A stretch of DNA of 64,000 nt from an uncultured Muribaculaceae bacterium (GTDB taxonomy: Bacteria; Bacteroidota; Bacteroidia; Bacteroidales; Muribaculaceae), in the NCBI GenBank assembly GCA_910587545.1, contig CAJUMI010000001.1:16722-80721 (forward strand), read 5' to 3'. Both the position numbers and the translations under genes were made by a program. A model generated the notes under the pieces. It had not been told where the DNA came from and made no database searches. It was given only the letters and a program-made list of their open reading frames with translations. This document shows, piece by piece, positions 37,715-47,100 of this stretch; the stretch's first letter is position 1, and every line of letters starts with the position of its first letter.

Positions 37715-40153
37715 TCAATCTTCGGTTTTCAGAGGAATTGCATTAGGGGCGATGCGGTCAGTCAGCGCTATGCCGATCACCTGCTCGACAGTGTCTACAT
37801 AATGGAACGTCAGACCGGAGATATAGCGTCCGGCTATATCTTCGATATCCTTACGATTTTCCGACGACAGGATGATGTCCGTGATACCGGCTCTTTTGGC
37901 GGCAAGAATTTTTTCCTTGATACCGCCGACCGGCAGCACCTTGCCTCTAAGCGTTATCTCACCGGTCATGGCTATGCGTTCGGCAACAAGTCTGCGGGTA
38001 AAGGCCGACACTATGGCTGTAGCAATTGTAATTCCGGCCGACGGTCCGTCTTTCGGAATAGCCCCTTCGGGGAAATGGATGTGGAGATTATAGCGCTCGA
38101 ACAACGCGTTATCGATCCCTATAGCCGGTGCATGAGCCTTGACCCATTGCAGAGCGATGGCGGCCGACTCTTTCATGACATCGCCGAGATTGCCGGTGAT
38201 GGTAAGTTTCTCCCCTTTACCTGGCGAAAGCGAGGCTTCCGCCATGAGAATTTCACCGCCGACCTGAGTCCACGCCAGACCGGTCACCACGCCGGCAAAC
38301 CCGTTGCCTTCATATCTGTCTTTGGAGAAAGGCTGCAGGCCGAGCATATCGTGGAGATGTCCGGGCAATATCTCGGCTGGAAAATCGCTGCCGCTCATCT
38401 TTGCGAGCACCGCTTTGCGAGCGAGGGCGGCAAGTCTTTTCTCAAGCTGGCGCACTCCGCTCTCGGATGTATAATTCTCTATGATCTTCACCAGTGCCTT
38501 ATCACTGATGTTGAGATCAGTATCTTCGAGCTTGTGTTCCTGACGGACGCGGGGCTCCAGATGACGGCGGGCAATCTCGATTTTTTCTTCAAGCAGATAG
38601 CCCGAAATGTCGATGATCTCCATGCGGTCGAGCAACGGTTGCTGAAGTGTCGACAACGTATTGGCCGTGGCGATAAAGAGTACGTGAGAAAGATCGTAAT
38701 CGATGTCTATATAATTGTCGTGGAAGAATTTGTTTTGCTCGGGATCGAGAACCTCGAGAAGAGCCGACGAGGGATCGCCCTTGAAATCACGGCCGATCTT
38801 GTCGATCTCGTCGAGCAGAAGCACCGGATTTGACGACTTGGCTCGCTTCATGGCATCGATTATTCGTCCGGGCATCGCTCCGATGTATGTACGTCTATGA
38901 CCGCGGATCTCGGATTCATCATGCACACCACCAAGCGACACACGCTGATAGTTGCGGCCGAGTGCATGAGCCACCGAGCGTCCGAGCGATGTCTTTCCGA
39001 CACCGGGCGCTCCGACCAGACAAAGTATCGGGGCCTTGCCCTCGGGATTGTGCATCAACACGGCAAGCTGCTCGAGGATGCGCTCCTTCACTTTTTCAAG
39101 ACCGTAGTGGTCTTCCTCAAGGACGCGGCGAGCTGTGGCGAAATCCGTATTCAGCTCAGTTTCACAGTTCCACGGGAGCTCAAGCAGCGTATCGAGATAG
39201 GAAAACTGAACCGAATAGTCCGGAGACTGCGGGTTGAGGCGGCGCAATTTGTCGACTTCCTTATCAAAGACAGAGCGCACCTTTTCAGGCATTTTCACTT
39301 CATCGGCGCGACGGACAAGTTCATCGGCATCGTCAGAATCACCGTAAAGCTCCTCGCGGATCGTTTCCATCTGCTGCTGAAGGAATGCGTTACGCTGGTT
39401 CTGATCCATATTCTGACGCGTGCGCTGAAGGATCTCACGGCTGATGTCGACTTTCTCCTCGTTTTTAACAAGTTCGGCAAGTAGCGCAAACGCACGCTCC
39501 GACAGCGAAGGCTTGGCCAGCAGCATGACCTTATGAGATGTCTCGATGCTCATGTTGGTACAAAGGAAGTTGACCAACTCGGCAGGCGAGGACGTCTGGT
39601 TGATAGAGAAGATGATTTCTTTGGAGTTCTCAACCGTCTTGTTGACAATGCTTATAGCCGAATGCTTGATCTGCTCTATAAGCACCTCCATTTCGCCTGT
39701 CACTTCGGGAATATCCTCATTGATCAGTTTCACACGCGCCGACAATGCACCGCCGGGTATCTGCTTGCCAGCTCCGCGCCCTATGATCCTGAACTTACCG
39801 CGTGAGCGCACAAGCGCCGTCTTGGAGCCGTCGGGAAGATCAAACACCTTGAGGACATCAGCGACAACACCGTATTTAAACAGACCGGTCGTGACCGCCG
39901 GATTATCTTCTTCGGGATTCAGCTGACAGACCACTCCAATTGGGATCTGACGTTCGGACGACTCTGTGGCCGTGACTATGGAATTCTCGCGTCCTAACGA
40001 AATAGGTATCGTGACACCCGGAAACAGAACGAGGTTGCGGGTAGCTAAAATAGGAAGATCGTCGACAGAGGGGTCAATGTCGAAACGTTTTGCATCAATA
40101 TCTATCTGGCCGAAAACGGCAGACTGCTTATCCTGGTCAGTATCTTTCATCAT
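37715..40153 (-). CDS. lon: ATP-dependent Lon protease (LonA)
   Basis: The 812-aa ORF has an N-terminal LON domain, GAPGVGKTS (Walker A) and the protease Ser in [12 protein letters not shown]. Confidence 0.95.
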   Translation of the reverse strand: MMKDTDQDKQSAVFGQIDIDAKRFDIDPSVDDLPILATRNLVLFPGVTIPISLGRENSIVTATESSERQIPIGVVCQLNPEEDNPAVTTGLFKYGVVADVLKVFDLPDGSKTALVRSRGKFRIIGRGAGKQIPGGALSARVKLINEDIPEVTGEMEVLIEQIKHSAISIVNKTVENSKEIIFSINQTSSPAELVNFLCTNMSIETSHKVMLLAKPSLSERAFALLAELVKNEEKVDISREILQRTRQNMDQNQRNAFLQQQMETIREELYGDSDDADELVRRADEVKMPEKVRSVFDKEVDKLRRLNPQSPDYSVQFSYLDTLLELPWNCETELNTDFATARRVLEEDHYGLEKVKERILEQLAVLMHNPEGKAPILCLVGAPGVGKTSLGRSVAHALGRNYQRVSLGGVHDESEIRGHRRTYIGAMPGRIIDAMKRAKSSNPVLLLDEIDKIGRDFKGDPSSALLEVLDPEQNKFFHDNYIDIDYDLSHVLFIATANTLSTLQQPLLDRMEIIDISGYLLEEKIEIARRHLEPRVRQEHKLEDTDLNISDKALVKIIENYTSESGVRQLEKRLAALARKAVLAKMSGSDFPAEILPGHLHDMLGLQPFSKDRYEGNGFAGVVTGLAWTQVGGEILMAEASLSPGKGEKLTITGNLGDVMKESAAIALQWVKAHAPAIGIDNALFERYNLHIHFPEGAIPKDGPSAGITIATAIVSAFTRRLVAERIAMTGEITLRGKVLPVGGIKEKILAAKRAGITDIILSSENRKDIEDIAGRYISGLTFHYVDTVEQVIGIALTDRIAPNAIPLKTED

Positions 40154-40218
40154 ATATATTCAATAACAATAGGAGAGAATATTGAGTTTCGCAAAATATA
40201 CAATAGCAAAATCAATGC

Positions 40219-40226
40219 CAAAATTA
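40219..40226 (-). promoter_or_regulatory. -7 box TAATTTTG (minus strand) upstream of lon
   Basis: The plus strand reads CAAAATTA, 66 nt upstream of the ATG at 40153. Confidence 0.35.
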
Positions 40227-40260
40227 CGAAAATATCATCAATTCGGAAAATACATGCCGC

Positions 40261-41331
40261 CTACATATGTCCGGCATAGTTGCGCCAGCGTTCTATCAGT
40301 GCGGTCATGTCGGCCGGAATATCGGCTGTAAAAAACATTTCCTCGCCGGTACGGGGATGGACGAAACCGAGTGTGCGGGCATGCAGAGCCTGACGCGGGC
40401 AGATGCCGAAGCAGTTTTCGATAAACGCCTTATATTTGGCCGAGGGCACACCGCGGAGCACCTGATCGCCGCCGTAACGCGCGTCGTTGAACAGCGGGTG
40501 ACCGATATGGCGCATGTGCACGCGGATCTGATGGGTGCGTCCTGTCTCGAGAACACACCGCACAAGTGAGACATGACCGAAAGATTCAAGTACCTCGTAA
40601 TGAGTAACAGCGTGTTTGCCCATATCACCATCGGGGAAGACAGCCATTTGTAGACGATCACGCAACGAACGCCCGATATTGCCTTCGATGCGTCCTTCCC
40701 GAGGGTCCGGCACACCCCAGACAACGGCGTTATACTCACGTTTTGTAGTCTTGTTGAAAAACTGTTTACCCAGCGCGGTTTTGGCATCAGGAGTCTTTGC
40801 CACCACCAGTAGCCCTGACGTATCTTTGTCGATGCGGTGGACAAGCCCCATGCGCGGGTCACTGACATCATAGTCGGGATTATCCCTGAAGTGCCATGCG
40901 AGCGCGTTGACGAGAGTGCCGTCATAGTTTCCGTGTCCGGGATGCACTACCAATCCAGCCTGCTTGTTGACGACGAGCAGATCATCGTCTTCATAGACTA
41001 TGTCGATCGGTATATCCTGAGCTACGATCTCGCACTCATAGCGCGGACGATCCATGACCACCCGCACGACATCGAGAGGCTTCACACGATAGTTGCTCCT
41101 GACCGGCCTGCCGTTGACAATAATGCAACCCGCCTCAGCGGCCTGCTGCACACGGTTACGCGAGGATTTCTCCAGACGCGACACAAGAAACTTGTCGACA
41201 CGAAGCAATGTCTGCCCTTTGTCGGCTACGAAGCGAAAATGCTCATACAATTCCGACCCTTCATCAGGCTCGTCAGAGACTGACCCGTGGTCAAATTCAT
41301 CATCAAAATTATCAAGCTGTTGCCTATCCAT
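40261..41331 (-). CDS. rluD: RluD-type 23S rRNA pseudouridine synthase (S4 domain plus RluA-family catalytic domain)
   Basis: I chose the internal ATG at 41331 (MDRQQLDNFDD...). The ORF has an S4-like region (LLRVDKFLVSRL), the HRIDKDTSGLLVVAKT catalytic Asp and GRTHQIRVH. Confidence 0.85.
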   Translation of the reverse strand: MDRQQLDNFDDEFDHGSVSDEPDEGSELYEHFRFVADKGQTLLRVDKFLVSRLEKSSRNRVQQAAEAGCIIVNGRPVRSNYRVKPLDVVRVVMDRPRYECEIVAQDIPIDIVYEDDDLLVVNKQAGLVVHPGHGNYDGTLVNALAWHFRDNPDYDVSDPRMGLVHRIDKDTSGLLVVAKTPDAKTALGKQFFNKTTKREYNAVVWGVPDPREGRIEGNIGRSLRDRLQMAVFPDGDMGKHAVTHYEVLESFGHVSLVRCVLETGRTHQIRVHMRHIGHPLFNDARYGGDQVLRGVPSAKYKAFIENCFGICPRQALHARTLGFVHPRTGEEMFFTADIPADMTALIERWRNYAGHM

Positions 41332-41347
41332 GATGCAAAACCCGGGA

Positions 41348-41992
41348 TTACAGTCCATCATCTTCGAAGTCGATCGCATCGACGGCCTCATCGATCGCAA
41401 TGTCGAGCCGGTCAGTGTCAAAGGTATTGACTGGAGCCGTGCCCACCTCAAGGGTGATCGACGCGGTCACGGGAAACGATGTGCCGACAGAAAGCGGTTT
41501 GCCGTCGGCATAGGCGCGCTCGACGAGATCGGGGTACTGCGACGGGACACTGACCATGCGGATCGAGGTCACGCCCAGTCCTTCGAGATAGCTGACCGCC
41601 TGACGCGACGAAACACCGGTCACAGGCATGGCCACAGTGACCTGCTTGGGCGAAAAGGCTGTTACGGTCACATAAACCTGGCGCCCCTGCTTGACCACCG
41701 ATCCGGCACGCGGCCACGACTCCACGACTGTGCCGGGACGGGCATTGCGGTCATAGATCGAGTCTGAGATCTCGACGGTCAGATCATTCTCGGCCAGCGT
41801 CAGACGAGCCTGTTCGAAAGACAGTCCTTTTACGGGGGGAACCGTCGATGACGAGCCGTGATTGGTCCAAGAATCAAGGAAAAGCAACGCACCCCAGACA
41901 AGGATACATGCAACCATGAAAATCAGCAGCAGATTTGCCACTATAGGGTGATCGGCGAAAAATCGCTTAATTTTAGAGATTGAGTCGTTCAT
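41348..41992 (-). CDS. PASTA-domain membrane protein
   Basis: I chose the ATG at 41992 (MNDSISKIKRFF...). The ORF has one TM helix followed by PASTA-like repeats (VPPVKGLSFEQARLTLAENDL..., MPVTGVSSRQAVSYLEGLG...). Confidence 0.7.
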   Translation of the reverse strand: MNDSISKIKRFFADHPIVANLLLIFMVACILVWGALLFLDSWTNHGSSSTVPPVKGLSFEQARLTLAENDLTVEISDSIYDRNARPGTVVESWPRAGSVVKQGRQVYVTVTAFSPKQVTVAMPVTGVSSRQAVSYLEGLGVTSIRMVSVPSQYPDLVERAYADGKPLSVGTSFPVTASITLEVGTAPVNTFDTDRLDIAIDEAVDAIDFEDDGL

Positions 41993-42186
41993 ATTGTCTG
42001 CAAAGTTAGCAAGTTCGATCAAATTACACAATAGATATATCACATTCAATCCACATTATAAAAGCTGTTCCAAGAAGTTAACAGATAATAAATAAACGGC
42101 AAGCAAATAAACCCACAGACATTAAAACCGTCAGATAAACAAAACAAATCAATAATCAAACTAATCTACAAAACAGAAAACGAATT

Positions 42187-42672
42187 ATGAAAACAAAAAT
42201 TTTAGCACTCGCAGCAATCCTTCTTGCAGGCAGTTCGGCGGTTTCATTCGCGGCAAACGACAACAACACCGTAGCTCCCGACTCAAAGGAATGCAAATAC
42301 AAGCAGAATAAAGACAACAAAAGATGCCCCGCGTTCAATCCTTTCGAAGGTCTGAATCTCTCGGCCGACCAACAGGCTAAAATAGAAGCTCTCAGACCTC
42401 AGGGCAAATGTGACGGAACACAAAAACAGAAATGCAACAATAAATCGGACAAATGTCCTTTAGATCGGGCGACCAAAGTCGACCGCCGTCAGGCTAAACG
42501 CGACTATCTTGCAAAGGTGAAGGCGATTCTGACTCCTGAGCAATATGTGAGTTTCCTCGAAAACTTAGCAGTATCGGGCCACAATAGAGCAAACGGCAAT
42601 TTCAGGCATCATAAAGACGGAAAGCGTCATCAAGGCGAAAGGGCTCAGAAACCTGCCGAACAGCGTAAATAA
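42187..42672 (+). CDS. secreted basic, Cys-containing protein with LTxxQ-like motifs (Spy/CpxP/ZraP-like periplasmic protein)
   Basis: The 161-aa ORF has the signal peptide MKTKILALAAILLAGSSAVSFA, the motifs LSADQQAKIEAL and LTPEQYVSFLENL, and 5 Cys residues. Confidence 0.5.
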   Translation: MKTKILALAAILLAGSSAVSFAANDNNTVAPDSKECKYKQNKDNKRCPAFNPFEGLNLSADQQAKIEALRPQGKCDGTQKQKCNNKSDKCPLDRATKVDRRQAKRDYLAKVKAILTPEQYVSFLENLAVSGHNRANGNFRHHKDGKRHQGERAQKPAEQRK

Positions 42673-42696
42673 ATTTCTTAATGTTCGACATAAGCG

Positions 42697-42734
42697 CGCC
42701 CCGAAAGTTTTGTGACATCAGAACTTTCGGGGCG
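42697..42734. terminator. 13-bp perfect hairpin between convergent genes (bidirectional terminator candidate)
   Basis: CGCCCCGAAAGTT-N12-AACTTTCGGGGCG. It has no long U-tract. Confidence 0.55.
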
Positions 42735-42776
42735 TAGTCTATATGAATACCGGCAACATGCTTTTTATCTCCCAAT

Positions 42777-44603
42777 TCAATCTTCGCAATAGTGGCGGAG
42801 CACACGGCGGTAGGAATTGAAAATCTTGCTTTTGCTTACAAAACCGATGTAACGGCCGTTTTCGACAACAGGAAGATTCCAGGCACCTGTATCGTCGAAG
42901 ATCTTCATCACCTTGTCCATGCTTTCGCCCACTTCGATCTTGGCCGGCGGTATGGCCATGAATTTATTGACATACATCTTGCGGTAGAGGTCGGGGCGGA
43001 ACATGATGTTGCGTATATCGTCAAGCAGGACGACGCCGAGCAGTCGGCCGCCGTCGTCGACGACGGGGAAAAGGTTGCGGTTTGATCTTGAGATTGTGTC
43101 GACCATGTCTTTAAGCGACATTTCAGGGCGCACCTCGAGGAAGTCACGTTCGATGACACTGTCCATCTTGAGCAAAGTCAGGACGGCCTTATCCTTCTCG
43201 TGGGTGAGAAGTTCGCCTCGTTTGGCCAGACGCATGGTGTAGATACTATAAGGCTCGAAAATCTTAATGGTGCCGTAGGATATGGTCGACACGATGAGCA
43301 GCGGCAGAAAAAGATCGTAGCCGCCCGTGAGTTCGGCGGTCAAGAATATGGCCATGAGCGGCGCATGCATCACCCCGCTCATCACTCCGGCCATGCCTAT
43401 GAGAGCGAAGTTCTTTGTCGAGAGCGCCGTGTCGAAACCGATCAGATTGGCAACGTATGCAAAAAGGAAGCCGGCCATACAACCGACGTAGAGCGACGGG
43501 GCGAATGTACCGCCAACACCACCTGCGCCATTTGTGGCAGACGTTGCAAAAGCCTTGGTAAGGATGATAAGGGCGATAAAGAGTATGATAAACCACACCT
43601 GATTGCGGTCGCCATAGAACAGCGAACCGTTGACGATCGACGACGGATCGCCGTTGAGCAGACCGATTATCGATCCGTAACCCTCGCCGTATAGAGGCGG
43701 AAAGATAAACACCAGCGCCGACAGAATAAGGCATCCGATCAGGGTTTTGGTCCAGGGATTCTTAAAGCGATGGAAGAAATTCTCCATCATGTTCATGGCG
43801 CGTGTGAAATAAAGCGACACAAGCCCGCAGAACACACCGAGTAGCACGACATAGGGTATTTTGGCCATATAGAATTCCTCACTCTGGATGAAAAAGAATT
43901 CGAAATCATAGCCTGTGTACATATAGGCCATAGTGGCGCTCGTTATCGATGCGATGAGCAGAGGCATGACCGACACCGCGGTCAGATCGAGCATCAGAAC
44001 CTCGAGTGTGAAAAGCATGCCTGCGATCGGCGCCTTGAATATGCCGGCAATGCCTGCGGCCGCACCGCAACCAACAAGTATCATCAGAGTGCGTGGCGAC
44101 ATCCTGAAAAGCTGACCTATGTTGGAGCCTATCGCAGCTCCCGTAAACACTATCGGCCCCTCGGCTCCTACGGATCCGCCGAAACCTATGGTCACAGAAC
44201 TGGCCACAACCGATGTCCAGATGTTGTGGCGCTTCAGCCGGCTTTTGTTTTGCGAGATGGCGTAGAGTACCCGCGTCACGCCGTGGCTGATATTGTCCTT
44301 GACGACGTAACGGACAAAAAGCGCCGACAGCACGACACCTATCGCCGGTAAGATTATGTAGACATAATTTCCCACGCTTATGTTGACCCTTGAGGTCAGC
44401 GCGGTGGATATAAAATGGATGGCGACTTTGAGCACAATAGCCGCAAGGCCGCCGAAGATGCCGACAAGGAAGGCCACGAAAAGGATAAATGTGCGGTCAT
44501 TGACATGTTTCTCGCGCCATAGCAGGAAGCGCATGAACATCTCATGTAAACCATTTTCTTTTTTCTGGGGTTCTTCTATCGGGGATGTAGATGCTTCTGT
44601 CAT
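42777..44603 (-). CDS. ClC-family chloride channel/antiporter with a C-terminal CBS pair
   Basis: The 608-aa ORF has GGSVGAEGP and GIFKAPIAG selectivity motifs and C-terminal CBS domains. Confidence 0.9.
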   Translation of the reverse strand: MTEASTSPIEEPQKKENGLHEMFMRFLLWREKHVNDRTFILFVAFLVGIFGGLAAIVLKVAIHFISTALTSRVNISVGNYVYIILPAIGVVLSALFVRYVVKDNISHGVTRVLYAISQNKSRLKRHNIWTSVVASSVTIGFGGSVGAEGPIVFTGAAIGSNIGQLFRMSPRTLMILVGCGAAAGIAGIFKAPIAGMLFTLEVLMLDLTAVSVMPLLIASITSATMAYMYTGYDFEFFFIQSEEFYMAKIPYVVLLGVFCGLVSLYFTRAMNMMENFFHRFKNPWTKTLIGCLILSALVFIFPPLYGEGYGSIIGLLNGDPSSIVNGSLFYGDRNQVWFIILFIALIILTKAFATSATNGAGGVGGTFAPSLYVGCMAGFLFAYVANLIGFDTALSTKNFALIGMAGVMSGVMHAPLMAIFLTAELTGGYDLFLPLLIVSTISYGTIKIFEPYSIYTMRLAKRGELLTHEKDKAVLTLLKMDSVIERDFLEVRPEMSLKDMVDTISRSNRNLFPVVDDGGRLLGVVLLDDIRNIMFRPDLYRKMYVNKFMAIPPAKIEVGESMDKVMKIFDDTGAWNLPVVENGRYIGFVSKSKIFNSYRRVLRHYCED

Positions 44604-46012
44604 ATACCTTTGCCGGATATAACCGTATTGACGGTGTGAAACAATATTCTCAGATCAAGCGAAAAAGAAATATTCTCTATATACAGGAGATCGAAGCAGA
44701 GGCGTTCGGCCATCTGCTCAATGCTGGACGCATAGCCATATTTGACCATGCCGAGCGATGTAAGCCCCGGACGTACGTTGTGGATCGTACAAGCGGCAGG
44801 CTCTACTTTCAGAAGATGCTCTAGATAATAAGCCCGTTCGGGACGCGGACCCACGAGCGACATGTCGCCACAGAGAACGTTCCAGAACTGAGGCAGCTCG
44901 TCCAGACGATATCTGCGCAGAAAGCGTCCCACGCGTGTCACTCTGCTGTCATGGTCAGAACTCAGAGCCGGGCCATCGACCTCGGCCTCTACAATCATCG
45001 AACGGAACTTAATGATGCTGAATTCCTTTCGGTGAAGCCCTACCCTGCGCTGACGATAAAAGACCGGACCTGCAGAATCACGTCTGATCAGCAAAGCGAT
45101 GATCAGTCCGACGGGTATCAGCGCTATCAAGGCCAACGAAGCCACGATTATATCGCCTATTCTCTTGAGATTGGCTGCAGCATGCGACAAACCGGGAGTC
45201 GTGATGTCGACAAGAGGTTCGCCGACGATGTTGCTCAGCCTAGGACGCGAAGTGACGATGTTATAGAAGTCAAACGGCAACAATATCGTGATGCCGAAAG
45301 GTATCAAGCGGTTGATCGTGTCAATCGAGCGGTCACGGTCGTCACGAGTAGCAAGTATGACAAACGATTTGACATTCCGGCTGTCAATAGCCTGCACAAG
45401 GTTCTCTGAAGAGATCAGAGGATAGATTGTTGGGACTACCTCAGTCGTAGAGACACTGTCGACGATACCGACCACGCGGTATCCCATACGGCTGTTGTTT
45501 TTCTCAAGCCGCGCGGCATAAGCATCGGCCTCGGCGACAGGACCGACAACGATCACATTATATGTGTCGGCTCCGTCGACCGCACGCTTTCGCAGCAACG
45601 ATCTGACAGCCGCACGCAACAATGTGACCATGACAAAAAACGCCATCCATAACGCGAGCAGCAGGCTGTAGTGGAGACTTCGCTCATTAAAATTATCGTT
45701 GACCATGATGGCGAAATAAATCACAAGCGAACCTAACGCCGAACCGAGAGCCGCATTGGTCGCGAGTTCATAGCGCGATTTGTACAGCGGATCATTATAG
45801 AAGCCCAGAAGTGCGAAGATCGCCAACATGACTGCCGGAAATGCCAGATAGCTCAGCTCCACATACGGATCGGCTGACCACTCGGCGAAACCGATATCTC
45901 CGCCGTTATGGATGCGCAGATGACGTACGAAGTTAAACAGCAATGTTGCAGCCTCGCAGGCCAATAAGTCGCCTGCGACATACATGATGCGCTGTTTTGC
46001 CGAGACCTTCAT
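44600..46012 (-). CDS. polyprenyl-phosphate hexose-1-phosphate transferase (WbaP/WcaJ-type bacterial sugar transferase)
   Basis: The 470-aa ORF has N-terminal TM helices and the C-terminal domain PVFYRQRRVG...KFRSM...DELPQFWNVLCGDMSLVGPRP. There is an ATGA overlap with the ClC gene. Confidence 0.88.
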   Translation of the reverse strand: MKVSAKQRIMYVAGDLLACEAATLLFNFVRHLRIHNGGDIGFAEWSADPYVELSYLAFPAVMLAIFALLGFYNDPLYKSRYELATNAALGSALGSLVIYFAIMVNDNFNERSLHYSLLLALWMAFFVMVTLLRAAVRSLLRKRAVDGADTYNVIVVGPVAEADAYAARLEKNNSRMGYRVVGIVDSVSTTEVVPTIYPLISSENLVQAIDSRNVKSFVILATRDDRDRSIDTINRLIPFGITILLPFDFYNIVTSRPRLSNIVGEPLVDITTPGLSHAAANLKRIGDIIVASLALIALIPVGLIIALLIRRDSAGPVFYRQRRVGLHRKEFSIIKFRSMIVEAEVDGPALSSDHDSRVTRVGRFLRRYRLDELPQFWNVLCGDMSLVGPRPERAYYLEHLLKVEPAACTIHNVRPGLTSLGMVKYGYASSIEQMAERLCFDLLYIENISFSLDLRILFHTVNTVISGKGI

Positions 46013-46032
46013 ATATCAACCGGTTCTATATA

Positions 46033-46608
46033 TTATTTCCTCAATATAGTTATGACTCCGCCCGACGACAGTTTGATGACCGTCGACGGTTTGGATGCCC
46101 ACGGCTTGTCACGTCCCGTCAGACACACATAGTCAACCGCCTTGAGAAGGTCGGGGTCAATTTCATCGAAACTCCGGGGCGACGTAGCCCCGCTGATATT
46201 GATGGAGGTAGAAACCAACGGGCGGCGGAAACGCCGACAAAGCTCTTTTGAGAATACTTCAGACGTGATGCGAACCCCTATGCTCCCGTCAGGAGCAAGC
46301 AATTCGGGGGCGACTCCCACTCCGCGGTCATAAACGATCGTCATGGGGTCAACGGCCACATCGATCAACTGATAGGCGACTTCGGGCACCTCGTCGACCA
46401 CTCGTTCAAGTGCTGCAACAGAGTCGACCAAAGTGATCAACGCCTTGGAGTCAGTCCGCTGTTTGAGATCGTAAACACGCCTGACCGCCTTACTGTCGGT
46501 TGCATCACAGCCTATTCCCCAGACAGTGTCGGTAGGATAGATTATGATCCCACCACGCCTGAGAACGTCCAGACAATCTTTCAGATCCTTGTTCACTTCT
46601 TCGTTCAT
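46033..46608 (-). CDS. tsaC: L-threonylcarbamoyladenylate synthase (TsaC/YrdC)
   Basis: I chose the ATG at 46608 because the track start at 46635 is TTG. The ORF contains IIIYPTDTVWGIGCDA and STSINISG. Confidence 0.85.
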   Translation of the reverse strand: MNEEVNKDLKDCLDVLRRGGIIIYPTDTVWGIGCDATDSKAVRRVYDLKQRTDSKALITLVDSVAALERVVDEVPEVAYQLIDVAVDPMTIVYDRGVGVAPELLAPDGSIGVRITSEVFSKELCRRFRRPLVSTSINISGATSPRSFDEIDPDLLKAVDYVCLTGRDKPWASKPSTVIKLSSGGVITILRK

Positions 46609-46632
46609 ACCTGTGATAATAATCGTTTCGCA

Positions 46633-46662
46633 CAAAGTTAATCAATTTTTATGATTTACAAA
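46633..46662 (-). promoter_or_regulatory. Bacteroides-type promoter (minus strand) TTTG-N18-TAACTTTG for the tsaC-sugar transferase-ClC operon
   Basis: The plus strand has CAAAGTTA at 46633-46640 and CAAA at 46659-46662. Confidence 0.45.
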
Positions 46663-46910
46663 TCAGCGTCATAGTGGCCTGCATCAAGCCCTCAGTCGCC
46701 CGCTAAGATATAAACATCTATCTATCAGCCACTCCAATCGGCCAATCGCCATCCGCATACAGCCTTAAATAATAACAAATGTTAAAATCAAACTTTAGAT
46801 TAAACCCTCGACCTTTGACACAGTCATAAAGACAAACGATGTTAATAGCTTTTTCATAAACACTTTTCGTATATATACGTAATTAATAGACTAACTTTTT
46901 GATTAAATAT

Positions 46911-46952
46911 AGATGCCACCGACTCGTGAAGAATCGGGGCATCTGTTTTTTT
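46911..46952 (+). terminator. strong orphan intrinsic terminator with no upstream plus-strand gene
   Basis: AGAUGCC(A)CCGA-loop11-UCGGGGCAUCU forms an 11-bp stem with one bulged A, followed by G and U7 (46946-46952). Confidence 0.7.
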
Positions 46953-46972
46953 AGCCTCCCGTTCCCAGATAT

Positions 46973-46988
46973 TGCTTCGTACGAAGCA
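46973..46988. promoter_or_regulatory. perfect 16-bp palindrome TGCTTCGTACGAAGCA (candidate operator or RNA hairpin)
   Basis: Read directly from the sequence. It lies 43 nt upstream of the cdsA -33 element. Confidence 0.4.
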
Positions 46989-47030
46989 TGTCTGTTCTTG
47001 AAGCGAAAAGTCGTAATTTTTGTGCCGTAT

Positions 47031-47064
47031 TTTGACTGTCGAAATAAAAATATCGCTAAATTTG
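47031..47064 (+). promoter_or_regulatory. Bacteroides-type promoter TTTG-N22-TAAATTTG upstream of cdsA
   Basis: TTTG lies at 47031-47034 and TAAATTTG at 47057-47064. The ATG is at 47101. Confidence 0.45.
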
Positions 47065-47100
47065 CCAACGATAAGCACTAATCGCTCTGTCATTAAATGA

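Noticed and set aside
37520-38833. Long antisense ORFs lie opposite lon (437 aa, 37520-38833), thiL (340 aa, 60051-61073), the PNP gene (231 aa, 59258-59953), nrdD (237 aa, 35336-36049) and the rluA-like gene (255 aa, 49751-50518).
   Set aside because: For lon, nrdD and thiL I checked the coordinates modulo 3 and found the same mirrored codon register as in moxR. The remaining cases are probably the same effect, though I did not check their register. The sense-strand genes are unambiguous conserved proteins, and the antisense products have no motifs, so these are codon-bias artefacts.
46899-47081. A 60-aa plus-strand ORF (TTG start; MIKYRCHRLVKNRG...) lies in the tsaC-cdsA gap.
   Set aside because: It runs straight through the strong terminator hairpin with its U7 tract and through the 16-bp palindrome. 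It also starts with TTG and has no supporting context, so it is unlikely to be translated. The region is better treated as non-coding.
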